From positions 186,001 to 250,000 of the forward strand of contig MU008160.1 of NCBI GenBank assembly GCA_010909165.1: a stretch of 64,000 bases of DNA, given 5' to 3'. Of this stretch, positions 47,042 to 60,400 are shown piece by piece. Position numbers and translations under genes: made by a program. Every line of letters starts with the position of its first letter. The stretch's first letter is position 1. The notes under the pieces are model-generated. The model was not told the origin of the DNA and ran no database searches. It worked only from the letters and a program-made list of their open reading frames with translations. This DNA is from Anthoceros angustus (Eukaryota > Plantae > Anthocerotophyta).

Positions 47042-48280
47042 TAGAGGTGGCATCAACTTCATCTTCTTTCGATGACAGCCGGTGGGAAGTAGCCTCAAGA
47101 CAGTACCTGTTGCCGGGGTAGGTAGGGTGTAGATACAAAATCTAGGTAGACGCACCCATTGTAAAACAAGATTTCCTAGATGTTTAGAAGGTAACTTCCT
47201 TGTCTAACCCAGGTATAACAAGCACCTACAAACGAACTAAAGTTCCTCACCGCTTTTAAAGTTTGCCAGAGTCACCACAAAGACTCTTCCTCATCGGAGC
47301 GAGTTGTAAAACGAATTAAAACAGAACTACTGTTAAGTCTGCGCTTGACTATCGGGGGTTACACTCACGAGGTCAGTACACATTCAGAGGCTCATACTTG
47401 TGACACACGTATCTGCTCGGAATCTGGCGAAATTCTATGGAATGTGTGCTTAGGAAGCTACAAGTTGATGCTCATGCTCATGCGTTCAAGTGATTCAGGC
47501 AGACAAGCATGTGCAGATACGAATGGAGGTCAGTCTCTGCGGTCATGTAGCAAGTACAGAGGACGGGTGTTCACTGTAGCAAGGCCTATGTGACGAGTCT
47601 GCACAGGGACGAGTCTTCACAGTGAAGAGCAAGGCGGACCTCGTTCTCCTGCATCAAGCTGCTTCTGCACATGAAACAAAACCACAGTACGGTCACACAG
47701 ATGGAGTGTTGGCTCCAACGCAAGGGTGATGGCCTGATGGCCGAGACAAGTATGCACAAGGCATCTCCTCGCACGCCTAGCTTCATTGTCATGTCGCGCT
47801 CACTACGCGGTTGGCAGTTACTCCCGAAAGGAACGCCATGCCCTATTTTTGGTTTTCTACTCCCGAAAGAACGTTGATACCCTATTATTTGTTTCCTTTC
47901 TCGCCTTAACCTTTCTCGCCTTAACCCCGTCTCTTATGTGCTTTCGGCATTGCCCTTTGTCCAATGTAGACTCGGGTCCTAACATCTGCAGGCCGGAGCA
48001 AGCGAGGTACAGGCCCCCCTTTACACTTGGGGATTCACCTCCGTTCACTTTAAAATTTGGCAGTAGAATTATCGAATTCTATCCAAAAAACAAAAGAGAA
48101 TATAAAGAAGTGATCAAGAAGGTGCACAGACCAATACTTCATATCAGCTGGCCCAGCATCTGGCCCTTTTATCACGTCGGGACCTAGAGAGTTCATAGTG
48201 CCACCCTGGTCCGTATTTACGCATATCATCATGGGGACTCATGCGGGACTCATGGTGCTGTGAACATCGCCGCACTACTA

Positions 48281-50482
48281 CAGTCAGACCCCTCTAATTG
48301 GGAACAATTGGGAGTAGCAAAAATCGTCCCATTTAGAGGGTTCCCGTTTAGGCATTTTCATCTTTTTTGAAAATAAAAATATTTAAAAAATCAAAAATCC
48401 TTTAAATCAAAAATTTGAAAGAGCTTAAAAGCTTCCAAAAAATCCAAAAAAATCCAAAAAATCCAAAATGCTCCCTCATATTACATAGCTGCCAACCTAA
48501 TTCTAGTTTGCCGGGTTAAAATAATCATCAATCCTTGATTGATGCTGAGTTGCTTTCATCCAATGACTAGCAATATGTTTTTCCAGCTGAGAATGCAACT
48601 TCAAAGCATCAAGAGTGTTATGTGGCATCTCTTCCAAAAACATCTTCGCTATCCTCATAGCATTATCTGACATCCTTTGTCGACGCGATCTTGGCGCTAT
48701 GGTCTCCACCGACGATCATTCTCTCACCCTCCTCATTGAGCGGGGGATTAATGCTTGCCATATTTCGTCCCTCTCAGGGAATATACGTAGTCTCCAATCC
48801 TTCATCCTCCTCAAAGTTCAGATACTCTTCAGCTGTCATCGTTGGATATCCAACATCAACAATTTCTGTCATATCCTCAGATGTTAATAATGCTAAGCTT
48901 CGCATGGACTGTTGTAGCTCTTCTACCTGCGTTTCCAACGAATTAGAGTGATTTACAATGGATCCTCTGGATCATATGGTGCGCTATTTAAATCCAAAGA
49001 CTCACGGAACCGAGCATCTTGTGCACGCAATTCCGCATCCAAAGTGCTATGCCTCCAACAATTGCGTATGGTATGAGGACTCACAAATGAAGTCCAAGCT
49101 TTTACCAGCATAACCACTGCTTGATATACATCGATAGTTGTAGCCGCATTGTCTATGATTTGGTTGCATTGGTACGAAATCATCAACTTGCGATACTGAG
49201 CCTTGAAAGAACGGATGATCCCCTGGTCCAAAGGTTGATATACGCTTGTCACATTGGGTGGAAAGAAAACCACCTTTGTAACTTGCAATTGAGCTGCATT
49301 ACCAAACCGATGCCCAGAACAATTATCCACTATAAGTAACACTCTAGTCCGCCCTGATGCAACCATCCTCTGGTCAAAATCTAGCAAAAACTTTTCAAAC
49401 AACTCTATTATCATCCATGCCTTTTGGTTTGCAGACCAGATAATATTCAAATTCTCGGGATTTTGAACAGTTCTGACGGAAAAAGCACCAGGCCTAAGAT
49501 ATCTGTTAATCAAAAAAGGTGGCAACTTGCAAGATCCATCAACATTTGTTGTCAGTCCAATTGTCAACCGGTCCTTAAACTGCTTCCGTCCTGCAACACG
49601 CATTGTTGCAAGTGTCTTGTTCGGCGGTGCTCTGAAGAAAAGACCAGTCTCATCCACATTAAAAACATTTGCAGCTCCATAATCAAGAACTTGAAGTTGC
49701 AACTCTCTAATAGCTAGCTGCCTTCACTGCTTCTGTATTGTCAACCTGTGGGCATACGACTGGTCTATCCCTCATTCCTGCCATATTAGTTGTTGGACCA
49801 ATGGTAGGGCCCAACCATTTGTTTTTGTCATTCACAATCCTAGACAATGCACTTTTTAGAAGCTGCTATTGAAAACTTCTCTGTTGTCCATCTAGTCAAC
49901 TCCTTAAGTGTGCAAGAGTGTTGGACATAATATTCGCAAACCTCTTTCTTTTGTTGCTTTGTTAGGGTAGCATGCTTGCGCGGCGGCTTGGGCGGCATTG
50001 TTCCTACACGTCAAAGAGAATGGGTAAGGAACACATACAAAATATCTCACAGCAAGAAACAACTTACAACACCATAACACAACTTACAACACCATAACAC
50101 AACTTGTACAATGAAACAACTTATGTACTAGGAACAATGCTTCTGATCACAAAGCATAGTGTACAGAACTACTACATATATAGGCCCAACCTCGATGACT
50201 GTCTATGTTTTATGATATAATCTCGATAGCCTTTAACTTAACATAATCTCAATAACTCATGATTTAATCTCGATAAGACGATTTCCTCAATTTTTTAAAA
50301 AGATATATGTATTTTCCCTTTTACAGAGGTGTACTTGCATTGAATGTTTGGGAGACATGTTCCCATTTACAAATTAGAGGGGTCTCCCATTTAGCATGTA
50401 GCACATTCAAGGGAGTAAGCCCGGGCGTCCCATTTAAAGGGGGTTCCCATTTATTGGGGTCCCAGTTAGAGGGGTTTGACTG
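48281..50482 (-). mobile_element. pogo/Tigger-like Tc1/mariner DNA transposon, 2.2 kb, internally deleted
   Basis: TIRs CAGTCAGACCCCTCTAATTGGGA / TCCCAGTTAGAGGGGTTTGACTG (21/23 match), flanked by TA on both sides, with a DDE_1 transposase inside. Confidence 0.93.
48503..49998 (-). pseudogene. pogo/CENP-B-like transposase (DDE_1), disrupted
   Basis: N-terminal MPPKPPRKHATLTKQQKKEVC, then NVDETGLFF, LLIVDN and FFPPNVTSVYQPLDQGIIRSFK. Frameshift and apparent loss of the second HTH near 49735; stop at 48953. Confidence 0.85.
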
Positions 50483-50665
50483 TATTTCGAGTATTCTGGC
50501 GCTTCATTGAAGCTCACGGCATAGTGCACAATGAGCTTGTCTTCTTTGATGTGAAAGCCACATTAATACCTCACTATTGATGAAAGCACACAAGTCCTTA
50601 TACACAACCTCTCTACCTAGATGCCTAGCTACAGTCACACGGCTCCAACACTACATGATAAACGT

Positions 50666-50851
50666 TGTAAGAAGCTTAAAGAATCCCTAACCTAACAGTA
50701 GCTGTATAAAACGTTCATTGAGTAATAAATTGGATAAAGAGGTCAAGACTTTCTTATGGTGTTCTCTCTTTCACTAAGGTAACTGACTGAGCTTGGGTGG
50801 TATAAGATGTCTTAGACTTCTTATGCATAGGTCGGTCAGTTAGTAATTACA
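50666..50851. mobile_element. Possible short LTR fragment (TGTAA...TTACA termini)
   Basis: Inverted 5-bp termini; no matching TSD. Confidence 0.25.
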
Positions 50852-50896
50852 GGATGCGCACAACTAAGTGTAAGCATTGACTATGAAAGGCCAAAC

Positions 50897-51018
50897 CATC
50901 TCCACCCCGAATATGTTATAGAATATACTTTTTTTATGCATTCGCCATTCATGCCAAGCATCTCCACCCCGAATATGCTATCGAATATACTTTTTTACGC
51001 ATTCGCCAATCATGCCAG
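50897..51018. repeat. ~60-bp tandem duplication
   Basis: catctccaccccgaatatg...gcattcgcca.tcatgcca.g occurs twice. Confidence 0.85.
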
Positions 51019-51028
51019 GCAGCTAGAC

Positions 51029-51305
51029 TGTAAGGGTATTAAAGCCCAATGTACTTAGACTAATACACTTAGTCTAAGTTAGGTGTCAGTTAAGTATCAT
51101 TAGTTTAGCTGAAGCTAATCACTAGAAAGCTTCTTGTGCTCCTTCCTAGGGGCTTCTTGTGGAGCTTCCTAGGGAGCCCTGTTGGAGGGTATAAATACCC
51201 TCCAAGCCTCATCTCAATGTGAGAGAGTTACACTTGCCTCCTCCTCTCCTCTCCTTTTTCCACCATCATGGGCTGCCACACGATCCTTCAACTGGTATCA
51301 GAGCC
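51029..51305 (+). mobile_element. 5' LTR (~260 bp, TGTAAGG...CCTTCA) followed by a tRNA-Met primer binding site
   Basis: CA terminus at 51290, 2-nt spacer, PBS TGGTATCAGAGCC (51293-51305) and internal TATAAATA at ~51190. The left boundary is inferred. Confidence 0.75.
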
Positions 51306-51440
51306 ATGGCTTGGTTGTTTTGTGATGCTAGAATTTTCTAGCTGCAGGGATGGCAGCAGTTCGTGGAATTGCAGGTGATCCACATCGGCATGGAGAGGGA
51401 AAAAGTTGAGAGGGGCTGCTAGTGCTCTAATACTAGTATC

Positions 51441-54400
51441 GAGCCATTGTCGGGCGTTAGGCGCCATTGTTGGGCGTTGGGCACCATTGTCGGGCGTTAG
51501 GCGCCATTGTATGGCCAGCCATTGTCGGGCGTTAGGCGCCATTGTTAGGCGTTAATTGGGCGCCATTGTATGGCCAGCCATTGTATGGCCAGCCATTGTA
51601 TGGCCAGCCATTGTCGGGCGTTAGGCGCCATTGTTGGGCGTTGGGCACCATTGTCGGGCGTTAGGCGCCATTGTTGGGCGTTGGGCGCCATTGTATGGCC
51701 AGCCATTGTATGGCCAGCCGCCGGACGCGTGGCGCGCCAGCCGCCGGACGCGTGGCGCGCCGAGCCGCCGAGCCGCCGAGCCGCCGGACGCGTGGCGCGC
51801 CAGCCGCCGGACGCGTGGCGCGCCGAGCCGCCGAGCCGCCGACGCGTGGCGCGCCGAGCCGCCGAGCCGCCGACGCGTGGCGCGCCAGCCGCCGGACGCG
51901 TGGCGCGCCGAGCCGCCGAGCCGCCGGACGCGTGGCGCGGGCGCCATTGTTGGGCGTTAGGCGCCATTGTATGGCCAGCCATTGTATGGCCAGCCATTGT
52001 CGGGCGTTAGGCGTTAATTGGGCGCCATTGTATGGCCAGCCATTGTCGGGCGTTAGGCGCCATTGTTGGGCGTTAATTGGGTGCCATTGTTGGGCGTTGG
52101 GCACCATTGTCGGGCGTTAGGCGCCATTGTTGGGCGTTGGGCACCATTGTCGGGCGTTAGGCGCCATTGTTAGGCGCCATTGTTGGGCGTTGGGCGCCAG
52201 CCGCCAACACTACTAGGGAGAGGGTGTTTTACAAAACCCCTTTTGCAAATCCCCAATCTTTACAACGTCTAAACACCTCCGTTGTAAATTGGTTTGAGTT
52301 TGATGTGGCAAGTTTTAAGACTCGGTTTACAGCGGGGTTTCTAGTTGGATGATGTGGCACTCTTTTGGGTGCTCATTTACAACAACGGATTGATGACGTG
52401 GCTCCCACGTTGTAGATTACGTTGTAAAAGCTTTTTCAAAATTTGATCTTTATTTTTCTAAAATCTTTATTAACATCACTAATCACAAAAATATGATTGG
52501 AAGCCATTTACAACAGCATGCGATGACGTGGCTCCTTGTTGTAGATTACGTTGTAAAAGCCTTTTCTCAAAATTTGTTCTTTATTTCTTCAAAACTCTTT
52601 GTTATTATTATTAACCACAAAAATATGATTGGAAGCCATTTACAACAGCATGCGATGACGTGGCTCCTTGTTGTAGATTACGTTGTAAAGTAATTTTCTC
52701 AAAATGTGTTCTTTATTTTTCTAAAATCTTTATTAACATCACTAATCACAAAAATATGATTGGAAGCCATTTACAACGTCTAAACACCTCCGTTGTAAAA
52801 GCCTTTTCTCAAAATGTGTTCTTTATTTTGTTTAACTCTTTATTATTAATCACAAAAATATGATAGGAGGCCATTTACAACAACGGATTGATGGCGTGGC
52901 TCCTTGTTGTAGATTACGTTGTAAAAGCCTTTTCTCAAAATGTGAGGCGGGAGGCTATTTTATTGGAGGAAGGAACTCAAGATAGGCATCAAGATAAGGA
53001 AGGGATTCATAAGAAGTCCTTAAATTAGCTTGAAGACATGGGGCAAGATGCCACTTGGGAAGACTTTTCTTTAGTGTTCTTATTGTGGCGGTACCACCTC
53101 TATGCCCACAAGCAAGTGCGCCTTGCCCGATGGTACATGTTCGTACATGCTTACCTTTCGCAGCCATTGTATGGCCAGCCATTGTCGGGCGTTAGGCGCC
53201 ATTGTTAGGCGTTAATTGGGTGCCATTGTTAGGCGTTAATTGGGCGCCATTATTGTTATTAATCACAAAAATATGATTGGAGGCCATTTACAACGTCTAA
53301 ACACCTCCGTTGTAAAACATTTTTCTTCAAAACTCTTTATTATTAATCACAAAAATATGATAGGAGGCCATTTACAGCGGGGTTTCTAGTTGGATGATGT
53401 GGCACTCTTTTGGGTGCTCATTTACAACAACGGATTGATGGCGTGGCTCCTTGTTGTAGATTACGTTGTAAATTGGTTTGAGTTTGATGTGGCACTCTTT
53501 TGGGTGCTCATTTACAACAGCATGCGATGACGTGATTCCCTTGTTGTAGATTACGTTGTAAATTGGTTTGAGTTTGATGTGGCAAGTTTTAAGACTCGGT
53601 TTACAGCGGGGTTTCTAGTTGGATGATGTGGCAAGTTTTAAGACTCGGTTTACAGCGGGGTTTCTAGTTGGATGATGTGGCACTCTTTTGGGTGCTCATT
53701 TACAACGATTGATGACATGGCTTCCTTGTTGTAGATTACGTTGTAAATTGGTTTGAGTTTGATGTGGCACTCTTTTGGGTGCTCATTTACAACAACGGAT
53801 TGATGGCGTGGCTCCCACGTTGTAGATTACGTTGTAAAAGCATTTTTCTTCAAAACTCTTTATTAACATCACTAATCACAAAAATATGATAGGAGGCCAT
53901 TTACAACGTCTAAACACCTCCGTTGTAAATTGGTTTGAGTTTGATGTGGCACTCTTTTGGGTGCCATTGTTAGGCGTTAATTGGGCGCCATTGTATGGCC
54001 AGCCATTGTCGGGCGTTAGGCGCCATTGTATGGCCAGCCATTGTCGGGCGTTAGGCGCCATTGTTAGGCGTTAATTGGGTGCCATTGTTAGGCGTTAATT
54101 GGGCGCCATTGTTGGGCGTTAATTGGGTGCCATTGTTAGGCGTTAATTGGGCGCCATTGTATGGCCAGCCATTGTATGGCCAGCCATTGTCGGGCGTTAG
54201 GCGCCATTGTTAGGCGTTAATTGGGCGCCATTGTTAGGCGTTAATTGGGCGCCATTGTTAGGCGTTAATTGGGTGCCATTGTTAGGCGTTAATTGGGCGC
54301 CATTGTTGGGCGTTAATTGGGTGCCATTGTTGGGCGTTGGGCACCATTGTCGGGCGTTAGGCGCCATTATTGTTATTAATCACAAAAATATGATAGGAGG

Positions 54401-57400
54401 CCATTTACAACGTCTAAACACCTCCGTTGTAAAGTAATTTTCTCAAAATTTGTTCTTTATTTCTTCAAAACTCTTTGTTATTATTATTAATCACAAAAAT
54501 ATGATTGGAAGCCATTTACAACATGCGATGACGTGGCTCCTTGTTGTAGATTACGTTGTAAAAGCCTTTTCTCAAAATTTGTTCTTTATTTCTTCAAAAC
54601 TCTTTATTATTATTATTAATCACAAAAATATGATTGGAGGCCATTTACAACAGCGATTGATGACATGGCTCCTTGTTGTAGATTACGTTGTAAAACATTT
54701 TTCTCAAAATGTGTTCTTTATTTTGTTTAACTCTTTATTATTATTATTAATCACAAAAATATGATAGGAGGCCATTTACAATGATTGATGACATGGCTCC
54801 TTGTTGTAGATTACGTTGTAAAGTAATTTTCTCAAAATGTGTTCTTTATTTTTTAAACTCTTTATTATTGTTATTAATCACAAAAATATGATAGGAGGCC
54901 ATTTACAATGATTGATGACGTGATTCCCTTGTTGTAGATTACGTTGTAAAAGCATTTTTCTTCAAAATGTGAGGCGGGAGGGCTATTTTAAATTTGATTG
55001 GGGTTATTTTGTGGGGGCATGATGATGACATGGCTCCTTGTTGTAGATTACGTTGTAAATTGGTTTGAGTTTGATGTGGCACTCTTTTGGGTGCTCATTT
55101 ACAACGTCTAAACACCTCCGTTGTAAAAGCCTTTTCTCAAAATGTGTTCTTTATTTCTTCAAAACTCTTTATTAACATCACTAATCACAAAAATATGATT
55201 GGAAGCCATTTACAACGTCTAAACACCTCCGTTGTAAATTGGTTTGAGTTTGATGTGGCAAGTTTTAAGACTCGGTTTACAGCGGGGTTTCTAGTTGGAT
55301 GATGTGGCACTCTTTTGGGTGCTCATTTACAACAACGGATTGATGGCGTGGCTCCCACGTTGTAGATTACGTTGTAAAAGCTTTTTCAAAATTTGATCTT
55401 TATTTTTCTAAAATCTTTATTAACATCACTAATCACAAAAATATGATTGGAAGCCATTTACAACAGCATGCGATGACGTGGCTCCTTGTTGTAGATTACG
55501 TTGTAAAAGCCTTTTCTCAAAATTTGTTCTTTATTTCTTCAAAACTCTTTGTTATTATTATTAATCACAAAAATATGATTGGAAGCCATTTACAACAGCA
55601 TGCGATGACGTGGCTCCTTGTTGTAGATTACGTTGTAAAAGCCTTTTCTCAAAATTTGTTCTTTATTTCTTCAAAACTCTTTATTATTATTATTAATCAC
55701 AAAAATATGATTGGAGGCCATTTACAACAGCGATTGATGACATGGCTCCTTGTTGTAGATTACGTTGTAAAACATTTTTCTCAAAATGTGTTCTTTATTT
55801 TGTTTAACTCTTTATTATTATTATTAATCACAAAAATATGATAGGAGGCCATTTACAATGATTGATGACATGGCTCCTTGTTGTAGATTACGTTGTAAAG
55901 TAATTTTCTCAAAATGTGTTCTTTATTTTTTAAACTCTTTATTATTGTTATTAATCACAAAAATATGATAGGAGGCCATTTACAATGATTGATGACGTGA
56001 TTCCCTTGTTGTAGATTACGTTGTAAAAGCATTTTTCTTCAAAATGTGAGGCGGGAGGGCTATTTTAAATTTGATTGGGGTTATTTTGTGGGGGCATGAT
56101 GAGCGTCCATTCAAAATGGCAAGCCATTGTATAGCCGATCATATTTGTCGGGCGTTGGGCACCATTGAATGACAAGCCATTGGCGCCATTATTATTGTTG
56201 GGCGCCATTGTTGGGTGTTGGGCGTTAGGCGCCATAATTGGGCGCCATTATTGTTATTAATCACAAAAATATGATTGGAAGCCATTTACAACGTCTAAAC
56301 ACCTCCGTTGTAAATTGGTTTGAGTTTGATGTGGCAAGTTTTAAGACTCGGTTTACAACGGGGTTTCTAGTTGGATGATGTGGCACTCTTTTGGGTGCTC
56401 ATTTACAACAACGGATTGATGGCGTGGCTCCCACGTTGTAGATTACGTTGTAAAAGCTTTTTCAAAATTTGATCTTTATTTTTCTAAAATCTTTATTAAC
56501 ATCACTAATCACAAAAATATGATTGGAAGCCATTTACAACAGCATGCGATGACGTGGCTCCTTGTTGTAGATTACGTTGTAAAAGCCTTTTCTCAAAATT
56601 TGTTCTTTATTTCTTCAAAACTCTTTGTTATTATTATTAATCACAAAAATATGATTGGAAGCCATTTACAACATGCGATGACGTGGCTCCTTGTTGTAGA
56701 TTACGTTGTAAAAGCCTTTTCTCAAAATTTGTTCTTTATTTCTTCAAAACTCTTTATTATTATTATTAATCACAAAAATATGATTGGAGGCCATTTACAA
56801 CAGCGATTGATGACATGGCTCCTTGTTGTAGATTACGTTGTAAAACATTTTTCTCAAAATGTGTTCTTTATTTTGTTTAACTCTTTATTATTATTATTAA
56901 TCACAAAAATATGATAGGAGGCCATTTACAATGATTGATGACATGGCTTCCTTGTTGTAGATTACGTTGTAAAGTAATTTTCTCAAAATGTGTTCTTTAT
57001 TTTTTAAACTCTTTATTATTGTTATTAATCACAAAAATATGATAGGAGGCCATTTACAACGATTGATGACGTGATTCCCTTGTTGTAGATTACGTTGTAA
57101 AAGCATTTTTCTTCAAAATGTGAGGCGGGAGGCTATTTTAAATTTGATTGGGGTTATTTTGTGGGGGCATGATGAACGCGTCCATTCAAGAGTACGGAGG
57201 CGTGCCACTCGGCAGCTCGCACTCCATTAATCCCAGCCCTTACACACAGTCTGGCATGGAGAGGGAAAAAGTTGAGAGGGGGGCCGCTAGTGCTCTAATA
57301 CTAGTACGTCACGCTCTTTAGCATTTTCTTTAGTGTTCTTATTGTGAGCAGGTACCACCTCTATGCCCACAAGCAAGTGCGCACTGCCCCGATGGTACAT

Positions 57401-60400
57401 GTTCGTACATGCTTACCTTTCGCAGCCCATTGTATGGCCAGCCATTGTATGGCCAGCCATTGTCGGGCGTTGGGCGCCACTGTTAGGCGTTAATTGGGTG
57501 CCATTGTTGGGCGTTGGGCACCATTGTCAGGCGTTAACTGGGCGCCATTGTTAGGCGTTAATTGGGCGCCATTATTGGGCATTACTTGGGCGCCATTGTT
57601 AGGCGTTAGTAGGACGCCATTGTTGGGCATTAATAGGGCGCCATTGTTGGACGTTAATTGGGCGCCATTGTTGGGCGTTAATTGGGTACCATTGTTGGGT
57701 GTTGGACGCCATTGTTAGGCGTTAATTGGGCGCCATAGTTGGACGTTAAGCGCCATTGTTGGGCGTTAATTGGGCGCCATTGTTGGGTGTTGGGCGCCAT
57801 TGTTGGGCATTAATTGGGCGCCATTGTTGGGCGTTGGGCGCCATTATTATTGGGCGTTATTTGGGCACCATTGTATGGCCAGCCATTGTCGGGCATTAGG
57901 CGCCATTGTTGGGCATTGGCGCCATTATTATTGGGTGTTAGCGCCATTGTATGGCAAGCCATTGTCGGGCATTAGGCGCCATAATTGGGCATTAGGCGCC
58001 ATAGTTAGGCATTAATAGGCGCCATTGTTGGGCATTGGGCGCCATAGTTGGGCGTTAGGCGCCATAGTTAGGCATTAATTAGGCGCCATTGTATGACAAG
58101 CCATTGTATGGCCAGCCATTGTTGGGTGTTGGCGCCATAATTGGGCATTGGCGCCATAATTGGGCATTAGGCGCCATAATTGGGCGCCATTGTATGACAA
58201 GCCATTGTCGGGCATTAGGCGTTAGTAGGGCGCCATTGTTGGGTGTTGGGCGTTAGGCGCCATTGTTGGGCGCCATTGGCGCCATTGTTGGGCATTAATA
58301 GGCGCCATTATTATTAGGCGTTAATTGGCGCCATTGTTGGGTGTTATTTGGGCACCATCAAAATGTGTTCTTTATTTCTTCAAAACTCTTTATTATTATT
58401 AATCACAAAAATATGATTGGAAGCCATTTACAACAGCATGCGATGACGTGGCTCCTTGTTGTAGATTACGTTGTAAAAGCCTTTTCTCAAAATTTGTTCT
58501 TTATTTCTTCAAAACTCTTTATTATTATTATTAATCACAAAAATATGATTGGAGGCCATTTACAACGATTGATGACATGGCTCCTTGTTGTAGATTACGT
58601 TGTAAAACATTTTTCTCAAAATGTGTTCTTTATTTTGTTTAACTCTTTATTATTATTATTAATCACAAAAATATGATAGGAGGCCATTTACAGCGATTGA
58701 TGACATGGCTTCCTTGTTGTAGATTACGTTGTAAAGTAATTTTCTCAAAATGTGTTCTTTATTTTTTAAACTCTTTATTATTGTTATTAATCACAAAAAT
58801 ATGATAGGAGGCCATTTACAACGATTGATGACGTGATTCCCTTGTTGTAGATTACGTTGTAAAAGCATTTTTCTTCAAAATGTGAGGCGGGAGGGCTATT
58901 TTAAATTTGATTGGGGTTATTTTGTGGGGGCATGATGAGCGTCCATTCAAAATGCGAGGCGTGCCACTCGGCTCGCACTCCATTAATCCCAGCCCTTACA
59001 CATCGGCATGGAGAGGGAAAAAGTTGAGAGGGGCTGCTAGTGCTCTAATACTAGTACGTCACGCTCTTTAGCATTTTCTTTAGTGTTCTTATTGTGAGCA
59101 GGTACCACCTCTATGCCCACAAGCAAGTGCGCACTGCCCCGATGGTACATGTTCGTACATGCTTACCTTTCGCAGGCCATTGTATGGCCAGCCATTGTCG
59201 GGCGTTGGGCGCCACTGTTAGGCGTTAATTGGGTGCCATTGTTGGGCGTTGGGCACCATTGTCAGGCGTTAACTGGGCGCCATTGTTAGGCGTTAATTGG
59301 GCGCCATTGTTGGGCGTTAATTGGCGCCATTGTTAGGCGTTAGTAGGGCGCCATTGTATGGCCAGCCATTGTCGGGCGTTGGGCCATTGTTAGCGTTAAT
59401 TGGGTGCCATTGTTGGGCGTTGGGCACCATTGTCGGGCGTTAATTGGGCGCCATTATTGGCGTTAATTGCGCCATTATTGGGCATTACTTGGCGCCATTG
59501 TTAGGCGTTAGTAGGACGCCATTGTTGGGCATTAATAGGCGCCATTGTTGGGCGTTAATTGGGCGCCATTGTTGGGCGTTAATTTGGTACCATTGTTGGG
59601 TGTTGGGCGCCATTGTTAGGCGTTAATTGGGCGCCATAGTTGGACGTTAAGCGCCATTGTTGGGTATTAATTGGGCGCCATTGTTGGGTGTTGGGCGCCA
59701 TTGTTGGGCATTAATTGGGCGCCATAGTTGGGCGTTGGGCGCCATTATTATTGGGCGTTATTTGGGCACCATTGTATGGCCAGCCATTGTTGGGCATTGG
59801 TCGCCATTGTTGGGCATTGGGCGCCATTATTATTGGGTGTTATTTGGGCACCATTCTATGGCCAGCCATTGTTAGCGTTAATTGGGCCATTGTTGGCGCC
59901 ATTATTAGGCGTTATTTGGGCACCATTGTATGGCCAGCCATTGTCGGGCATTGGCGCCATTGTTGGGCATTGGCGCCATTATTATTGGGTGTTATTTGGG
60001 CACCATTCTATGGCCAGCCATTGTTGGGCGTTACGCCATTGTTGGGCGTTAATTGGGCCATTATTGGGCATTGGCGCCATTGTTAGGCGTTATTTGGGCG
60101 CCATTGTTGTTGGGCGTTGGGCACCATCGAATGGCAAGCCATTGTCGGGCGTTGGGCGCCATTGTATGGCAAGCCATTGACGGGGGCCATAGTTAGGCAT
60201 TAATTAGGCGCCATTATTGTTGGGCGTTGGGCACCTTTGAATGGCAAGCCATTGGCGCCATTGTATGACAAGCCATTGTATGACAAGCCATAGTTAGGCG
60301 TTATTTAGGCGCCCTTATTGTTGGGCGTTGGGCACCATTGAATGACAAGCCATTGTCGGGCGTTGAGCGCCATTGCATGACAAGCCATTAACGGACCCTG

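Noticed and set aside
52255-58905. Repeat-spacer pattern resembling a CRISPR array
   Set aside because: The spacers are themselves repeated variants, there are no cas genes and the context is eukaryotic; better explained as TE subterminal/satellite repeats.
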